A stretch of 63,026 nt of DNA, the filler included, from Sphacelaria rigidula (Eukaryota), in assembly GCA_964200075.2 (NCBI GenBank). It is 9 parts of 9 records of this genome, joined end to end, with 100 filler letters (N's around TTAATTAATTAA, not from the genome) between each part and the next. Parts side by side here need not be neighbours in the genome. Positions count along the whole stretch, not along the records: positions 1 to 6,915 come from CAXNAA020017427.1; positions 7,016 to 13,929 come from CAXNAA020017428.1; 7 more parts are not named here. The stretch is one strand, 5' to 3'. Below are positions 1 through 11,763 of the stretch, one piece after another. Positions within the stretch are counted from its first letter, which is position 1; every line of letters starts with the position of its first letter. The notes under the pieces were generated by a model. It was not told the DNA's origin, did no database searches, and saw nothing but the letters and a program-made list of their open reading frames with translations. Made by a program: the position numbers and the translations under genes.

Positions 1-464
1 GGCATGCATGATCATGAGTACACCCCCCTGGGACCCCGAATATCTGGCGAAAAAAAGTCAGTGTCAAACTCGAAAAAACGGCGTGAAGGATCGCTCGTAT
101 TTGCGCTACAAAAAAGTGTACGAATACACGCCGACGCCCCCTAATTACTTGATTATAGTATGCTGCCGACGTTTTCCTTGTGCGTTTGAGCTTAAATAGA
201 CCGTTTGGGATCAGCTTTTCGAGTTACGCAACGAAATTTTGTACAGAGCTCTCTTGAGCTACCTCGGGAGGAGCCGAACTTTATTTTTCTTCATGTTGGC
301 CATGGGGAATCAATCATAGATTACATCGGTACAAATAAGTTGTCTTGTATTCTGTTCGTGGTATACGCCGCCTGCCTGACCCCTCAGGTGCTGCCAGTAT
401 AGCTTCACACTGTCTGTAGCGTTGTTGTTGAGCACTATGAATAGGCGGAGGCACCAGCAGCATG

Positions 465-735
465 CCGTAAATTGTGTTCAGTGGAGAGCGATGACACACT
501 TATACTGTCTCTTGCCGTTGTATCCAGTGAAGACATACAGCACACATACATACCGACTCTGCGCAAATTGCCTGCGGGGTCAAAACTGGTCAGGATTTCT
601 CCGGGACTAATTTCTATATAGATGATGAATATTCACATCTTCATGAAAAAGGCGTTTTGTCTAGCGAGAAAAGAGCAGTTCTGAATCCCAAATGGAGCAT
701 AGTCCAAATCAGCCTACCTGCGGCGGGGTCGCTGT
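465..735 (-). pseudogene. Decayed coding sequence of unknown family (HxD motif), paralog of 32035-32310
   Basis: Aligns by eye to 32035-32310 (shared TAGCGAGAAAAGAGCAGTTC and CTTGCCGTTG). The minus strand gives NCSFLARQ..FHEDVNI..QSRYVCVLYVFTGYNGK, with frameshifts and stops. Confidence 0.6.
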
Positions 736-812
736 CTAAGGGTTAGCCTGGAACTGGAGTTAAACTGAAATTGGCAACGAAGGCGCCAACTGTTCAGGCT
801 TATACGAAATCA

Positions 813-1838
813 TAGACTGAAAAAAAATACTGGAAAAGTTTGGGCGGGCGACTTTTCTCAGTGAATTATTTTCAAGAAAGTCAGTTTTCAAAGTCCCACC
901 TTATACGAGCAGTCGTGTGAAAAAATCCAGGATGTTTGTACACCCAAAGCCATCATCTAGTCTGCATGTAAATGGTGGTAGTGGTAATAATTTGCATTTC
1001 GTGCTTGTGCCACCTGCGGTAAACCTTGGGTAAGCTGTACGTAATTTCGTCCACGTACGGTATACATGGGATGTCAACACAACACACACACGCACACACA
1101 CGCACACACACACACAGTAGCTACTGGTAGAATAGGGATCGAAACGACAGACGTATCACCCATGTTACTTCAGTCGACCGCCGCTTGGTACAGTAGTAGC
1201 GCCGCAAGCGGTGCAGTGTGCAGCAGTACGGTTTTTGCCATTCCGCACGCGACGAATTCAAGTGATTTAGCAACAATCTTGGTACACAGAACAATACAGA
1301 GTTCGCAATCGGTGGCGGGCATGGCTGGCATGAAACGATACGGGCAGTCTATACCGTACAGTCAACGAGGGCGACACTGTGCTCTTCTATAGTAGATACG
1401 CTCCCGGCGAAGAAGTACTGTACTGCACTGTTCCTGCTCCCACTATCATGAGGATGCACGGAGTGCTGCAGCAGCATAGCTGCTGCAACGGTATTGTAAA
1501 TACACCATGCATAGCTCCTTTTGCACTGACTGTGCCATACTTGTATGCGAGGAGTGTGTGACGGAATGTCACTTTCCAAACAGTTTGATCTCTCTAGGAA
1601 CTGACTGCTTTTCTCAAAGAATTTCGGGAAAATCCGAGAGTCTTTTGACGGCTTTTGACGTGAAACGTGGACGTAACGAGTGTAACGTGTAGACCCTTGG
1701 AAAAATCTCGCTGTCTGGAAATGGCTGTCAGTTTTCAGGGACTTTTTTCATGGTAAACGGCCCTATACGGTCGCGTTCTAAAAACAGTCTATGGAACCTG
1801 ACCAAGACGACTGTTTTCAGTAACTTATTTTCAGTCTA
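813..1838. mobile_element. Non-autonomous TIR element (~1.0 kb), possible TA target duplication
   Basis: Left end TAGACTGAAAAAAAATACTGGAAA; reverse complement of right end TAGACTGAAAATAAGTTACTGAAAA. Contains a (CA)n tract at ~1080-1116. Confidence 0.55.
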
Positions 1839-4040
1839 AAAGAAGCGGCCTTAGTTTCCTGGAAGTCTGCCGTTACCGGTCATGTTTTACACCAACTCGA
1901 ATATAGGACAATTTCACGTCATCTCAGGCCACGTGTCTGGGATATTCGAGTTCAATTTATCAGATCAAGAGTCCATAATATGACAGAAGGCGCATACTAC
2001 TCCGGAGTAGCGTACGAACGACATTGGTGATGTCGGATCTGGGCAGGGAGTGCACGGTAGCGCAGGGGACAAGAAAGAGCCGTCTGCGGGGGGTGCTTTC
2101 AACGTGAATTTAGGGGTGGTATCCACCGTCTTGACCTATGCCGTGCGAGTGGCAATACGTTGGGATGCCACGGAAGTTTTGTCGAGATGCTTAAAATATG
2201 GAAATGATTAAATATACAAGTCTTGCCTTATTCGGAGGTTCAATGTGCGCATCTTCTCCCCAAATCGACTGTCACCCGGGTGGTCTCTACTGTTTTGGGC
2301 TGATGTAATCGAACGACGACGAAACAAAACACACGAACATATCGCTACTGCATGTTAACGATTTAATACTTATTCCCACCCCCCATTTCACCGAATGGCT
2401 AAGGTAAGCAACGAATGAGTACGCCTCCCTCCTCCCTCCCCCTCTCATTTGTCCCCACCCGGGGATGAAATCGTTCCATCCCCTCTCCAGACAGGATGGG
2501 GGGGTGATATCCACCGTTTTTTCTACTTGCATAGGAATTTAGACACGAACGGCGATGCCCCGACACACGCGGGGGGCCTCATTCATACTATTCCCTCATG
2601 ACCTCCTCTTTTGCCCATCCCTTTTCCTGGGGATGAAACAAAGGCCTTTCCTCTCTGAACAATATCAGCGAAAAAGGAGGGGGTGTTATCCAACGTTTGA
2701 GCTATTTGCGGTCGGACAACAATGAATCTGAACTCGTGATCGGTACCAATTCAGTAGGAAACGTACTATCTACCCCAACTAGTGATTATGCATGTCGTTT
2801 TTCTGAACAGGGCAACAGACACCATGGCGGGGCATATTTTTCAAGAGAAAACAAGCCGAATACCGATTTTTCCTTGCCTCCGGCGGCGGGGCCACCTCAC
2901 CTGCCGGGGGAATGTTGAGGCTTGCGTCTTTACCACTCGCCGATTTACTGGATAACGTCGATTAACTGGCCACTGACACGACCAGTTCAAAACTTAACTG
3001 ACCAGAGCCCTACTTTCTGGGTCTTCGATCCATATTATCAGTAGAAAAACGAAGACACCAAAGCCCCACTTCACCGAAACACCACTTTTGGTGGTACAAC
3101 TCTATCCCACACGAATCGCTTTCAAATCTGTTTTTCGCGTTAGATTCCCTAGCTGATGGTGGTTACTAACGTTTGACTCGGGATGAGATTGGGTAAAAAT
3201 TGATGAGGGAATTCGCATGTTTAATTTCAGAACATTTTGAAGGACCCTCATTGGCCGAGAAACGTTTTTACTGTAAGCGCCACGACAAAGGATGCAGGAA
3301 AAAATCTGGCCATGTCATATTGTTTGCTCGCTCGTGAGGGTCGCTGTGATACCAAAAATATTACTATCGGGCCAGCTCTGCGTTCGGTATCTAGTGGGGA
3401 ACAAATTTTGGGCATTCACCCTTCACCCTGAACCCGCTCGCCTGTAGAACGCGGTATGATTACAGCTGTACTGAAATACCTGTGCCCGAGTGCATGACTC
3501 CCGGCTACTGACGTTCAAGTGGCTGACAAACGCTGTGCCCACTACTATACCACGAGTATCGTAGCACAATTAATAGATCAGACACGAGAGGAAAAGCTAG
3601 CAAGGACGCAACTACTGCTCTGTTCCGAAACTGCCAGGGGTCAGGAGTCGCAGCAAAAAACGTTCCGATCCCCTTCGCAGTAAAAATCGTTCCGATCTCT
3701 TTTGTACAGGATCTATTTTCAAACTTGTTTTGTAACCTGTGATTCAACTCTTCGACCGTTAGGCTTGGTGTTCTGGATCCCATCGCCATTTTCAAGTGAA
3801 GTATGATGCCAATTCAAACTTTAATCCACGGTAGCAGTTGAGCGGTAGCCATCTGTTCAATCGGCGTCATATCCCCCTTCAAAAATAAAGTGAGGGCCCG
3901 GGTAATGAGGCGGTCAAGGGTAAACCAAAACAAAAAATAATCATGTACCGTGTAGTACCAAGTGGTGGATTGCCATGCGTGGACCCTCAAGGACTGCTCT
4001 AGCATGAAGGGTTTAAAATTGATCAATGCTTTGCCCACAC

Positions 4041-5150
4041 CTTTTCCATTTGCTTCCTCAGTCTGCCGAGCGCACCGATCGTGCTCTCACGTAGCTCCAC
4101 AGGAGCAGCGTAACTATCGTACCCCGCGCCACCAGCCCATTGCACGACAGGCCGCACAACGACCGGCCATCCACCCTTGTCCATGTACGGCGAGCCGTGC
4201 ACGTCTTTGGTGCCTTCGTCCTCCACAACCATGGGCACCTTCAATCGCTGCAACAGATCCACCACCCCTCTGGTGCCCGAACCATCGGTACCACCTACAA
4301 TCAGCGGCACTGGCGTTTGTATTAGATTCTCGTCATCTATGAGGGACTTCCGCACGGGGTTATTCCCGTATACTGGCTCCCCGAACAGTCCAGTTGGCTC
4401 CGGAAGTCTTTGCCGCTGATGCCAGTCCTCGTGTTTGGGTGAAAATGGGCTGAGCGCTATCGGCGGTGAAGCAACGGTAGTGTGCCCTTCCGGTTGTAGA
4501 TCGATTGAAGGCGTATTAGTCCTAGGCTTTCGATTGCTTAAATCCTGCGCGTGCTCGGGCGCACCCCCCTCTATCATACTATTAGTACTACTACCACCCT
4601 TCACATCGCTGCGGCGGTGATTCATCTTCACATCGCCCTCGCCGCTGCCGTCGGGCGCGCGAAATAATGGAGTGTCCACGTCCAGCTCTAACAGCGCCTT
4701 TTTCTGGCGCAACTGTTCTTCCAGCCTAGCTATTTCTAATCGCAGTTCGAGCTCTGCCTGCTCCGCTGTTTTTTCTCCCATGGGCTGCTGCGTGCCTTCT
4801 TTGGTATTACTGGGAGTCAGGTACTCCCACTTGTGCGCCCCTTGTTCACTCCGTGTGGGGGTAGCTTCGGCAGTGCCCGCTTCGGCTGGCGGCCTAGGAG
4901 GTTGCCTCACGAAGACCACCAACGAAATAACAGCCATAACTCCGAAAATGATCTTGATGGGGAATGAAATAGCGCTACGCCTGCCGAATAGTGAGTCTTG
5001 TCCATCGCGACCTCGCTTCCGTCGAGACCTGGCTGCCTTGGTCAGCTTGGAGTACTTGATCTCGACTTTGGCTGTGGCGCTTGGAGCGTACATCGGCCCT
5101 ACTCGGGGACGTGCCTCCTTGTCCCGCTTGAGGCTCCACATTCCCGACAT
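4041..5150 (-). CDS. Large coding exon of a type II membrane (Golgi-type) sulfotransferase-like protein; gene incomplete
   Basis: Within ORF 4023..5294. Likely start ATG at 5150 (MSGMW), TM segment IIFGVMAVISLVVFV, coiled-coil/low-complexity stem, then PLIVGGTDGSGTRGVVDLL resembling the 5'-PSB loop of PAPS-dependent sulfotransferases. Donor AAG|GTGTGG at 4041/4040. Confidence 0.75.
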
Positions 5151-5355
5151 TGGACAGGGCCTTCCTCCCGGGCTTGACACGGGAAGTTTCAACGAAGTCC
5201 GAAGTTGTTGTTCATTGCCTAGGTTCACTATTGGGGATGTGCCGAACAAAATGAACAGGACGAACGAGGACCGTCTCTTGTCCACTGGCAGCACGCGGCG
5301 GCACTTTTGTCGACCCTCTTTCCCCCCTGAAACTGTAAGCTATCAAGTAAGCTAG

Positions 5356-5396
5356 TACTATACTGTACTGTACTGTACTGTACTGTACTGTACTGT
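5356..5396. repeat. (TACTG)n microsatellite
   Basis: Direct tandem pentamer run. Confidence 0.95.
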
Positions 5397-6212
5397 ATCC
5401 TGGTGTTGGTCTGGGCATGGAAAATGTTTCCAGTTTTTGTCATTTTCTAATGAAGAAGGGGTAGGTCATTTGCTACTATATGTCGCGGACATTTTTGGCT
5501 CAGTTGGGTTCCAGAGACTGGAGGGCAGTCAAGTTTTTACAAGTGCCACTGTACTCTACCGCGGCGGGCACCAGCCGACGTAGGTATCAAGGCAGTAGAA
5601 CACACACACTTTTTCTATTCATCGGTTGTTAGAATCAATAGGAGCTTGATCATAAACGGCGGTACTACGATACTGACTGTCGGCAGTGATCAGTATTCGC
5701 GTCTCCGTGCAGCGAACGTTCTGGACACGAGAGGAAGGAGAGGGCAAAGAGCTTAGGCTGTGGGTGCTTCACTTGTGTCTGTGATGGGGACGTCGAACAA
5801 TGGCGAATGGGTGGAAACGAAACTCGCCCTTGGCCTTGCTGTTTGTGCTTCGGTGAGTGCGGGCATCATTTCAGCCGTGCATGACTAAACTCAAGTACAC
5901 GAACTGTACTGCTGTACGTGCACTGTTCAGTTCTCCGCGACTTCGTACTCTATCTCCACTTCAATATGTGTCCTTGTCCTTTCTACAGTAGTACAGTACT
6001 CCACGTCCTCGTACGTGACAGTTCTCGGGTTGTTCTGCCAACTTCTTGATCGTACAAGAGTGTCGAACAGTTTCAGCATAGACATATTTCCCCCACCCTG
6101 CAGCCGAAAATCAGGGTACTCTCGGGTGAGGAGCTCTCAGTTAAGGTTCCGCCGCGCCCCGGTGATCTAGTAGTACAACTGATACAATTTTTTTCTCACT
6201 TCTTACTATTTC

Positions 6213-6395
6213 TCCCCTTCCTCGTGACTAAACGTGGTGTCCTGAGATCAACTCATCTCTCCAGGGCACACGCCTCACATATTGGTACATGTACTGTTGT
6301 CTGTATCTTACATCGGATCAGCACTCCCGCACCACGTCGACTACTGTCGTCTACTAAACTCTGCCGACCCGACTCTTTCCGTTACTCACGTCTTG
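6213..6395 (-). mobile_element. Degenerate 3' part of tRNA-derived SINE family C
   Basis: Similar to 11088-11250 (CCTCG..GATCAAC.CATCTCTCC..GGATCAGCACTCCCGC..GTTACTCACGT). Confidence 0.6.
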
Positions 6396-6915
6396 GTGTT
6401 TTCAATGATGAAAATGATATATTTTGATGAAGATGTCATAAAAGATGCATCTGGCGGGAATGGAATCGGTGTGTTTTCTACCCTAACGGCGACAGTTTCG
6501 CCGTTACACCACTATTGGGGGGCGGTGTTGCTGGAAATGAACTGAAACACCCTGGACCGGAACACTACAATACGCACCCAGCACTGTGTACTGTACCGTG
6601 TGGATTTATTGCTGGTCTTTGCATCCTCCTCAACAAACCAATTCGCATTTTGGGCTCCTCCATCTATACACCTCGGGGCTTCGGGAGACATGCCTTTGGG
6701 TTGCTGTACAGCGTGCAGCCCAGGTCGTACTCAAGCATCACCTTTCCCCCCTCAGATATGACTTGGTGCAGCCGCGATACGGGGTAAAAATATCACCATA
6801 ACTTGTTCGTAGTATACCTGCGATATGATGGAGACTTTCATAGTACTGGGCGTAGGAACCCCCCCCCCCCGCCCCCCCACCCCTGCCACACGACACCCAC
6901 CAGCGACAGACTACG

Positions 6916-7015
6916 NNNNNNNNNNNNNNNNNNNNNNNNNNNNNNNNNNNNNNNNNNNNTTAATTAATTAANNNNNNNNNNNNNNNNNNNNNNNNNNNNN
7001 NNNNNNNNNNNNNNN
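6916..7015. other. Artificial contig spacer
   Basis: N44-TTAATTAATTAA-N44 (stop codons in all six frames). Confidence 0.99.
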
Positions 7016-7669
7016 GAAAGAGATGCGTGGTCGATGGTCACATGACTAAGGCAAGCAACAAATGAGTACGCCCCCCCCCCCTTCCTGTCAGAAAGAGTTT
7101 TACTTGAATCGAGAGGGTAATACATGACCTGCAGGTATGGCCCCTTGCCCTTTCGGTCCCGTTTCTGTGCTGTCACCATTTCATCATGGTCATTATTTCG
7201 AAGTAGCTGCGCCAAAGGGCCCGACGCCCCCCCCCGGTCTGATGACTATGGCACGCATGATCATGAGTACACCTCCCACCCGATCCTTCGCGAGGCAGAC
7301 GAATTCGAGGTCGAGGCCCCTATCCGAGATATCAGAAGCAGAAACAGGGTAGGTGATGGAGAAGCAATGAAGGAAGAGGGACGTATCGCAGCGGAAACAC
7401 CAGTGGTATCCCGGAAAGCGGATAGCTGTGGAGCCACAGGAGTTGAGGTTACAGACGAGGAAATAGCGTTGAATGTTATAAATAAATGAAGAAAAAAGCG
7501 TGAAAAGATGCCCGAGAGAAATGGGGGGCACTTGAGCCGTGTCTTTTCGAGACCAAAAAAACAGTTTCCAACAGCAGCTCCTCGAATCTGATTCAATCCA
7601 GAACGACCACTTTTTGAGTCTCATCGAAAACCCTAGAAAGCAAGAAATGCCCACAAAATCATTTGGAAT

Positions 7670-7925
7670 CATGGACTAATGCCGAGATAGCCCCCCTACA
7701 AAAAGTGCACCGGAGACCGGCCGACAAACCGGCTTCGATTCCACTATTGAGCTCCTTTGCAGCAATTCCGCCCACATGAGAAGCGTGTAGTAGTTCGAAA
7801 TCAGCTCTAATGCCCGAATGAGTCGCGTCGTACAGCACGAAACCAGCTTTAACGGCATGTATGATCATCGCCTCCGTGCACGTTTTGGGCCGGTTCGGGG
7901 GGGGCTATCTCGGCAGCAGTCCATG
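7670..7925. mobile_element. MITE, 256 bp, ~26-bp TIRs
   Basis: CATGGACTAATGCCGAGATAGCCCCCC at 7670 and GGGGGGCTATCTCGGCAGCAGTCCATG ending at 7925. No clean TSD. Confidence 0.75.
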
Positions 7926-8188
7926 AGTTGAGCACCGAGGAGGAACGGAGCGAAACCGGTCAACAGTCAGCAAGAGAAAATCTTGATGACTTTGACACCA
8001 CATGACTACAGTATAGATACTTGTTCACTACTGTACAATGCGTCCCGCCACATCAACGGGGTCCGTCCCGGAGCCCCGCCACCAAGCGTTTCAGCGCAAT
8101 GACAGGTGTGGTATCTAATTTTAGAGCAGCAGGCGCGGCGGGCGAGAATAGTAGTCCGTTGAGAGCAATTTATGTCCCCCCCGTGTAG

Positions 8189-8565
8189 ATCAAAGCTTGT
8201 CGGTTGAGAAAAGTCTGGGCACGTCTTAGCCTCGCCCCCCTGTCCTCGCTTCTCACATCTCGAAACAGAGACCGCCTGAGACACATAGCAAGGGTATGGG
8301 CAGAATACCTCGCGCAGAACAGACTGCGCGTGGCGGCGGCGGCCGGAGCCTCAGCAGCAGCGGCGGCGGCTGCAGCTTCGCCCTCTGGGGACGACGGTAT
8401 CAACTCGGGGGCTGTTCCGTTCCTTCCCCTGGGTGTGACATTTGGGCCCGAGACGGAGCCTGGCCCTCTGGACACAACGGGGCGACTCCCCAATGAGCTG
8501 CTGGAGTCCATGTTTGATTTTCTCGACGAGGATCAGACGATGAATTGCGCGTCTGTGGCTCGCAG
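8189..8565 (+). CDS. Internal exon of an F-box protein
   Basis: Acceptor GTGTAG|ATC, donor CGCAG|GTGCGT. Encodes ...GRLPNELLESMFDFLDEDQTMNCASVAR (F-box motif); ends in phase 2. Confidence 0.75.
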
Positions 8566-10454
8566 GTGCGTGTTGGGAGACAGCGAGAAACAGAGATGTA
8601 TGGATCTGGTGGTGGAGTAGCAGTCAAGAGGCTGATTTTGTCCCTGATTTCCCATCATGCTGGAGACACACGAATTATTTGGATCTGATGTGTTCGCTAG
8701 AAAGCTACTGGCGTGAGCATTTGAATGCGCGTGCGTACAGTGCTCGATTCATCATGTTCCGCTCGTGATTGCGGTTTCTGTTCGATGCAGATGCCGCAGG
8801 CGTACTTTGCAGGACAAGTCATCAACCTCTCAAAAAAACCATGTCGAACCCGGCAACAAAAAGGGTGGTCTGAAAACAGCTGGTCATCTTAGATTTCGTC
8901 CGCAGGGGAGTACCAGTCATCTTTGTGCGTTTCGAAGTGAAGAAAAATCAGCGAGTTGTTGTGCATCATTCTTTCTTTTATGCTGGCAATCATGATTCTT
9001 GAGGCCTAACTCACCGAATACACTGTTGTTGAAAGCGAAGGAGCGACACGGCACTGAAAACCCCTTGGCTGTGTCGCCAGTGGTAAACGCACAAGCTTTC
9101 TGTACATGAAAAGCTGCGAAGACAGCATCTGGCTGTTTTCCCAGCAGTGGTGCCTACAACACAGCCATGTCTCCGTACCTGTACTGGCATTCACAAATTT
9201 GTAAACTCTGTAGGTCCGCGGACTGTGAGTTAATGGCCACGCCCGCTTGGACACAACAGTTGGCATCACCGCAAGAGGGCCAACTTCAGGTCGTTATCGC
9301 AGCACCGTGAAGCACGTTCGTGTCGGATTCAGATCTGTACCCGATATGGCTGGAGCCGTACCCACGTCACACAGCATAAACAGTACAGTTCAGTAATATT
9401 CTGCTCTGAAGCTTGGTAAAAGGATATTGTCTTTCACTTTCCGAAAAAATAAAATCCAACCCATCCATTCAATCCCAACCAATCATTCCCAACCTACCAA
9501 CTAATTAATTAATATTAATAAAATAGCTAATTTATATATATGTGTGTGTCTGTATTTATTTTCATGAAGAAACGCGAAAACGTGAATATCTGAGGATTTT
9601 CCGCCGGAGAGCATCGTTTGGATGGAAACTGCTCCATTCACCTCGGCGCCATGACAGGTCTTGCGCCACTCGACGGCACAAGTCACATGTACTCCAACAT
9701 GTTCGGGTAAACAGCCAAGTCGAGATAGTTATGGCCGCTCAGCCCAAGGCAGTCTCTTGTCTGCATCCAAACGTAGAGAAGCATATGGTCCCTTGTTTCG
9801 TTGCTCAAGAGTCAGGGTTGAGCAGTGAGAGTCAAGGTTGAGGAAGATGAACTGGTATTGTGTAGGCTTCAAGATGTCGATCACTGGCATACGCAGTGTT
9901 GGCGCTGTGGTTGGCAACTCTAGGATTGATTGTCAGTGTGGTAAGGCTAGGCATGGTCAAAAAGGGTCAACACTATGCCCCGTGTCACTGCGGCGAAAGG
10001 AGAAAAAACTGATGGGCGTCGTACTCCCGAGTACCCATGTTCTCTCGCGACGCCCCGACATTGACTGAACGTACCTTAAACTTCCTTGTGTCTTTTTTTT
10101 TTGGGGGGGGGGGTGCCGTGCTACGGATTGCTTGTGGTGGCAAGGTGGAGATCTTCGGCGATGGAGCTAATCCTGACTTCTTTCCTCAGCCCCATCTTGT
10201 GGGTTATCCCTCAGGGGACGGTGCGCAAGATCTGCTCCAACTTGCACCCCACCGACATCTCGCAGGTATGAGAAACTGGCCAGAGACACCGGTCGCGTTG
10301 GGAAACAATCCTGACACTAGGTCGGTGTTGATCTGTCGCGGCAGTTTTTTGCTGACGTAGCCGCGCACTATGGCACCCGAAAAAATTTCGACAACAGGTG
10401 GAATTGGATATTGGGCCGCTCCTTACAATGGGCAAAAATAAAATTTGGAAAAGT

Positions 10455-11052
10455 GCCTTCTTGAAGCTTTTACGTCGTTTTACGCCCCAGAAGAGAGCTA
10501 GGCGGAGTTTGACACCTTGAAATGACTTGCGCTACTAGTTGAGGCGGTTTCAGGATATCTTCCCGTTTTCCCGTGGCAGCAGTTTTTGTTTTGGCCCAAC
10601 GAGAATTTTTGTCCAAGAACGGTAAAAAAACAGTCAAATCTAGAAGAAATCGACACTGCCTTTTTGAAGCTTTTACGTCGTTTTACGCCCCATAAGAGAG
10701 CTAGGCGGAGTTTGACACCTTGAAATTACTTGTGCTACTCGTTGAGGCGGTTCCAGGATATATTCCCATTTTCCCGTGGCCGCAGTTTTTATCTTGGTGA
10801 AACGAGAATTTTTGTCCAAGAAAGGTAAAAAACAGTCAAGTCCAGAGAGATGTGTCGATTCCTTCTAGATTTGACTGTTTTTCACCGTTCTTGGACAAAA
10901 ATTCTCGTTTGGTCAAGATAAAAACTGCGGCCACGGGAAAATGGGAATATATCCTGGAACCTCCTCAACGAGTAGCACAAGTAATTTCAAGGTGTCAAAC
11001 TCCGCCTAGCTCTCTTCTGGGGCGTAAAACGACGTAAAAGCTACAAAAAGGC
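10455..11052. repeat. Fold-back: two tandem ~203-bp units followed by one inverted unit
   Basis: Units 10455-10657 and 10658-10850 (+). 10852-11052 is the reverse complement (e.g. GCTTTTACGTCGTTTTACGCCCC vs GGGGCGTAAAACGACGTAAAAGC). Confidence 0.95.
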
Positions 11053-11087
11053 GCTTTTTTTTTCCCCCCTCACACTTTGAACCCCCC

Positions 11088-11361
11088 CCCATTCCTCGGG
11101 ATGAGCCCGTGGTTTCAAGGGATCAACACATCTCTCCCCCGGCACGTGCCTTTCATTTTGGTCTTGCGGGTTGGATCAGCACTCCCGCTCCGCGTCAACT
11201 CACGTCACACAAACCCAGTCGACTACATGGTTTACTCACGTTCTCACCCTTTCCACGGTGGATATCATACATTGCGAAGTAAAAAACCCGACGCATCGGG
11301 AATCGAACCCCCGTTCTCTCCATCCTGATGGCGTCAGTCGAACCATTACACCACCGGGGCG
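11088..11361 (-). mobile_element. tRNA-derived SINE family C, full length
   Basis: Minus strand starts CGCCCCGGTGGTGTAATGG (Pol III A box), has B box GGTTCGATTCC at 11299-11309, then ~200 nt of non-tRNA body. Copies at 28112, 35072 and 6213. Confidence 0.85.
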
Positions 11362-11630
11362 TTTTAGCGTTTTATTTTTGTCTGTTATAAGAAGCGCCCT
11401 TGGAGAGTGTTTGTGAAGGCGGAAAAAAAATGTCAAGTCTTACATGAGAGAAATGTAGGAGAGGGGGAGGGGTCAAAATATTTCCAAGCTTTTGCAAAGA
11501 GTCTATCTTGTGTTCCTCCAAAATTGGGTTTCCGATCATTCTCTCTGCAAAAATAAACATGGAGAAATGCGCGTGCCCCCTTCCCTTGCCCCATCCCCCG
11601 CCCTCACCCGGCGATGACTTTGTCGGTCAG

Positions 11631-11763
11631 GTGGCATGCGTCTGCCAGGACTGGAAACAGCTTGCGCGCGATGTACCCACCCTTGCGCCGGGGCTGGTGG
11701 ACTAAATATTTCATATGCCCGTGCGCAGTTGTGGAATACCCTGTGGTGAAAACGCGTGAACAG
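11631..11763 (+). CDS. Probable next exon of the F-box gene
   Basis: Acceptor GGTCAG|G, phase-compatible with exon 8189-8565, giving CASVARRWHASARTG...KTREQ. Donor CAG|GTTGGA. Confidence 0.55.

Noticed and set aside
4672..5355. 227-aa plus-strand ORF
   Set aside because: Antisense shadow of the sulfotransferase-like exon; no motif of its own.
9502..9512. TAATTAATTAA resembling the spacer
   Set aside because: No flanking Ns and off the 7014-bp period; it is natural AT-rich sequence.
11290..11361. tRNA gene
   Set aside because: A and B boxes are present, but there is no proper acceptor or anticodon stem and it is joined to a repeated body. It is a SINE head (likewise 28315-28382 and 32410-32480).
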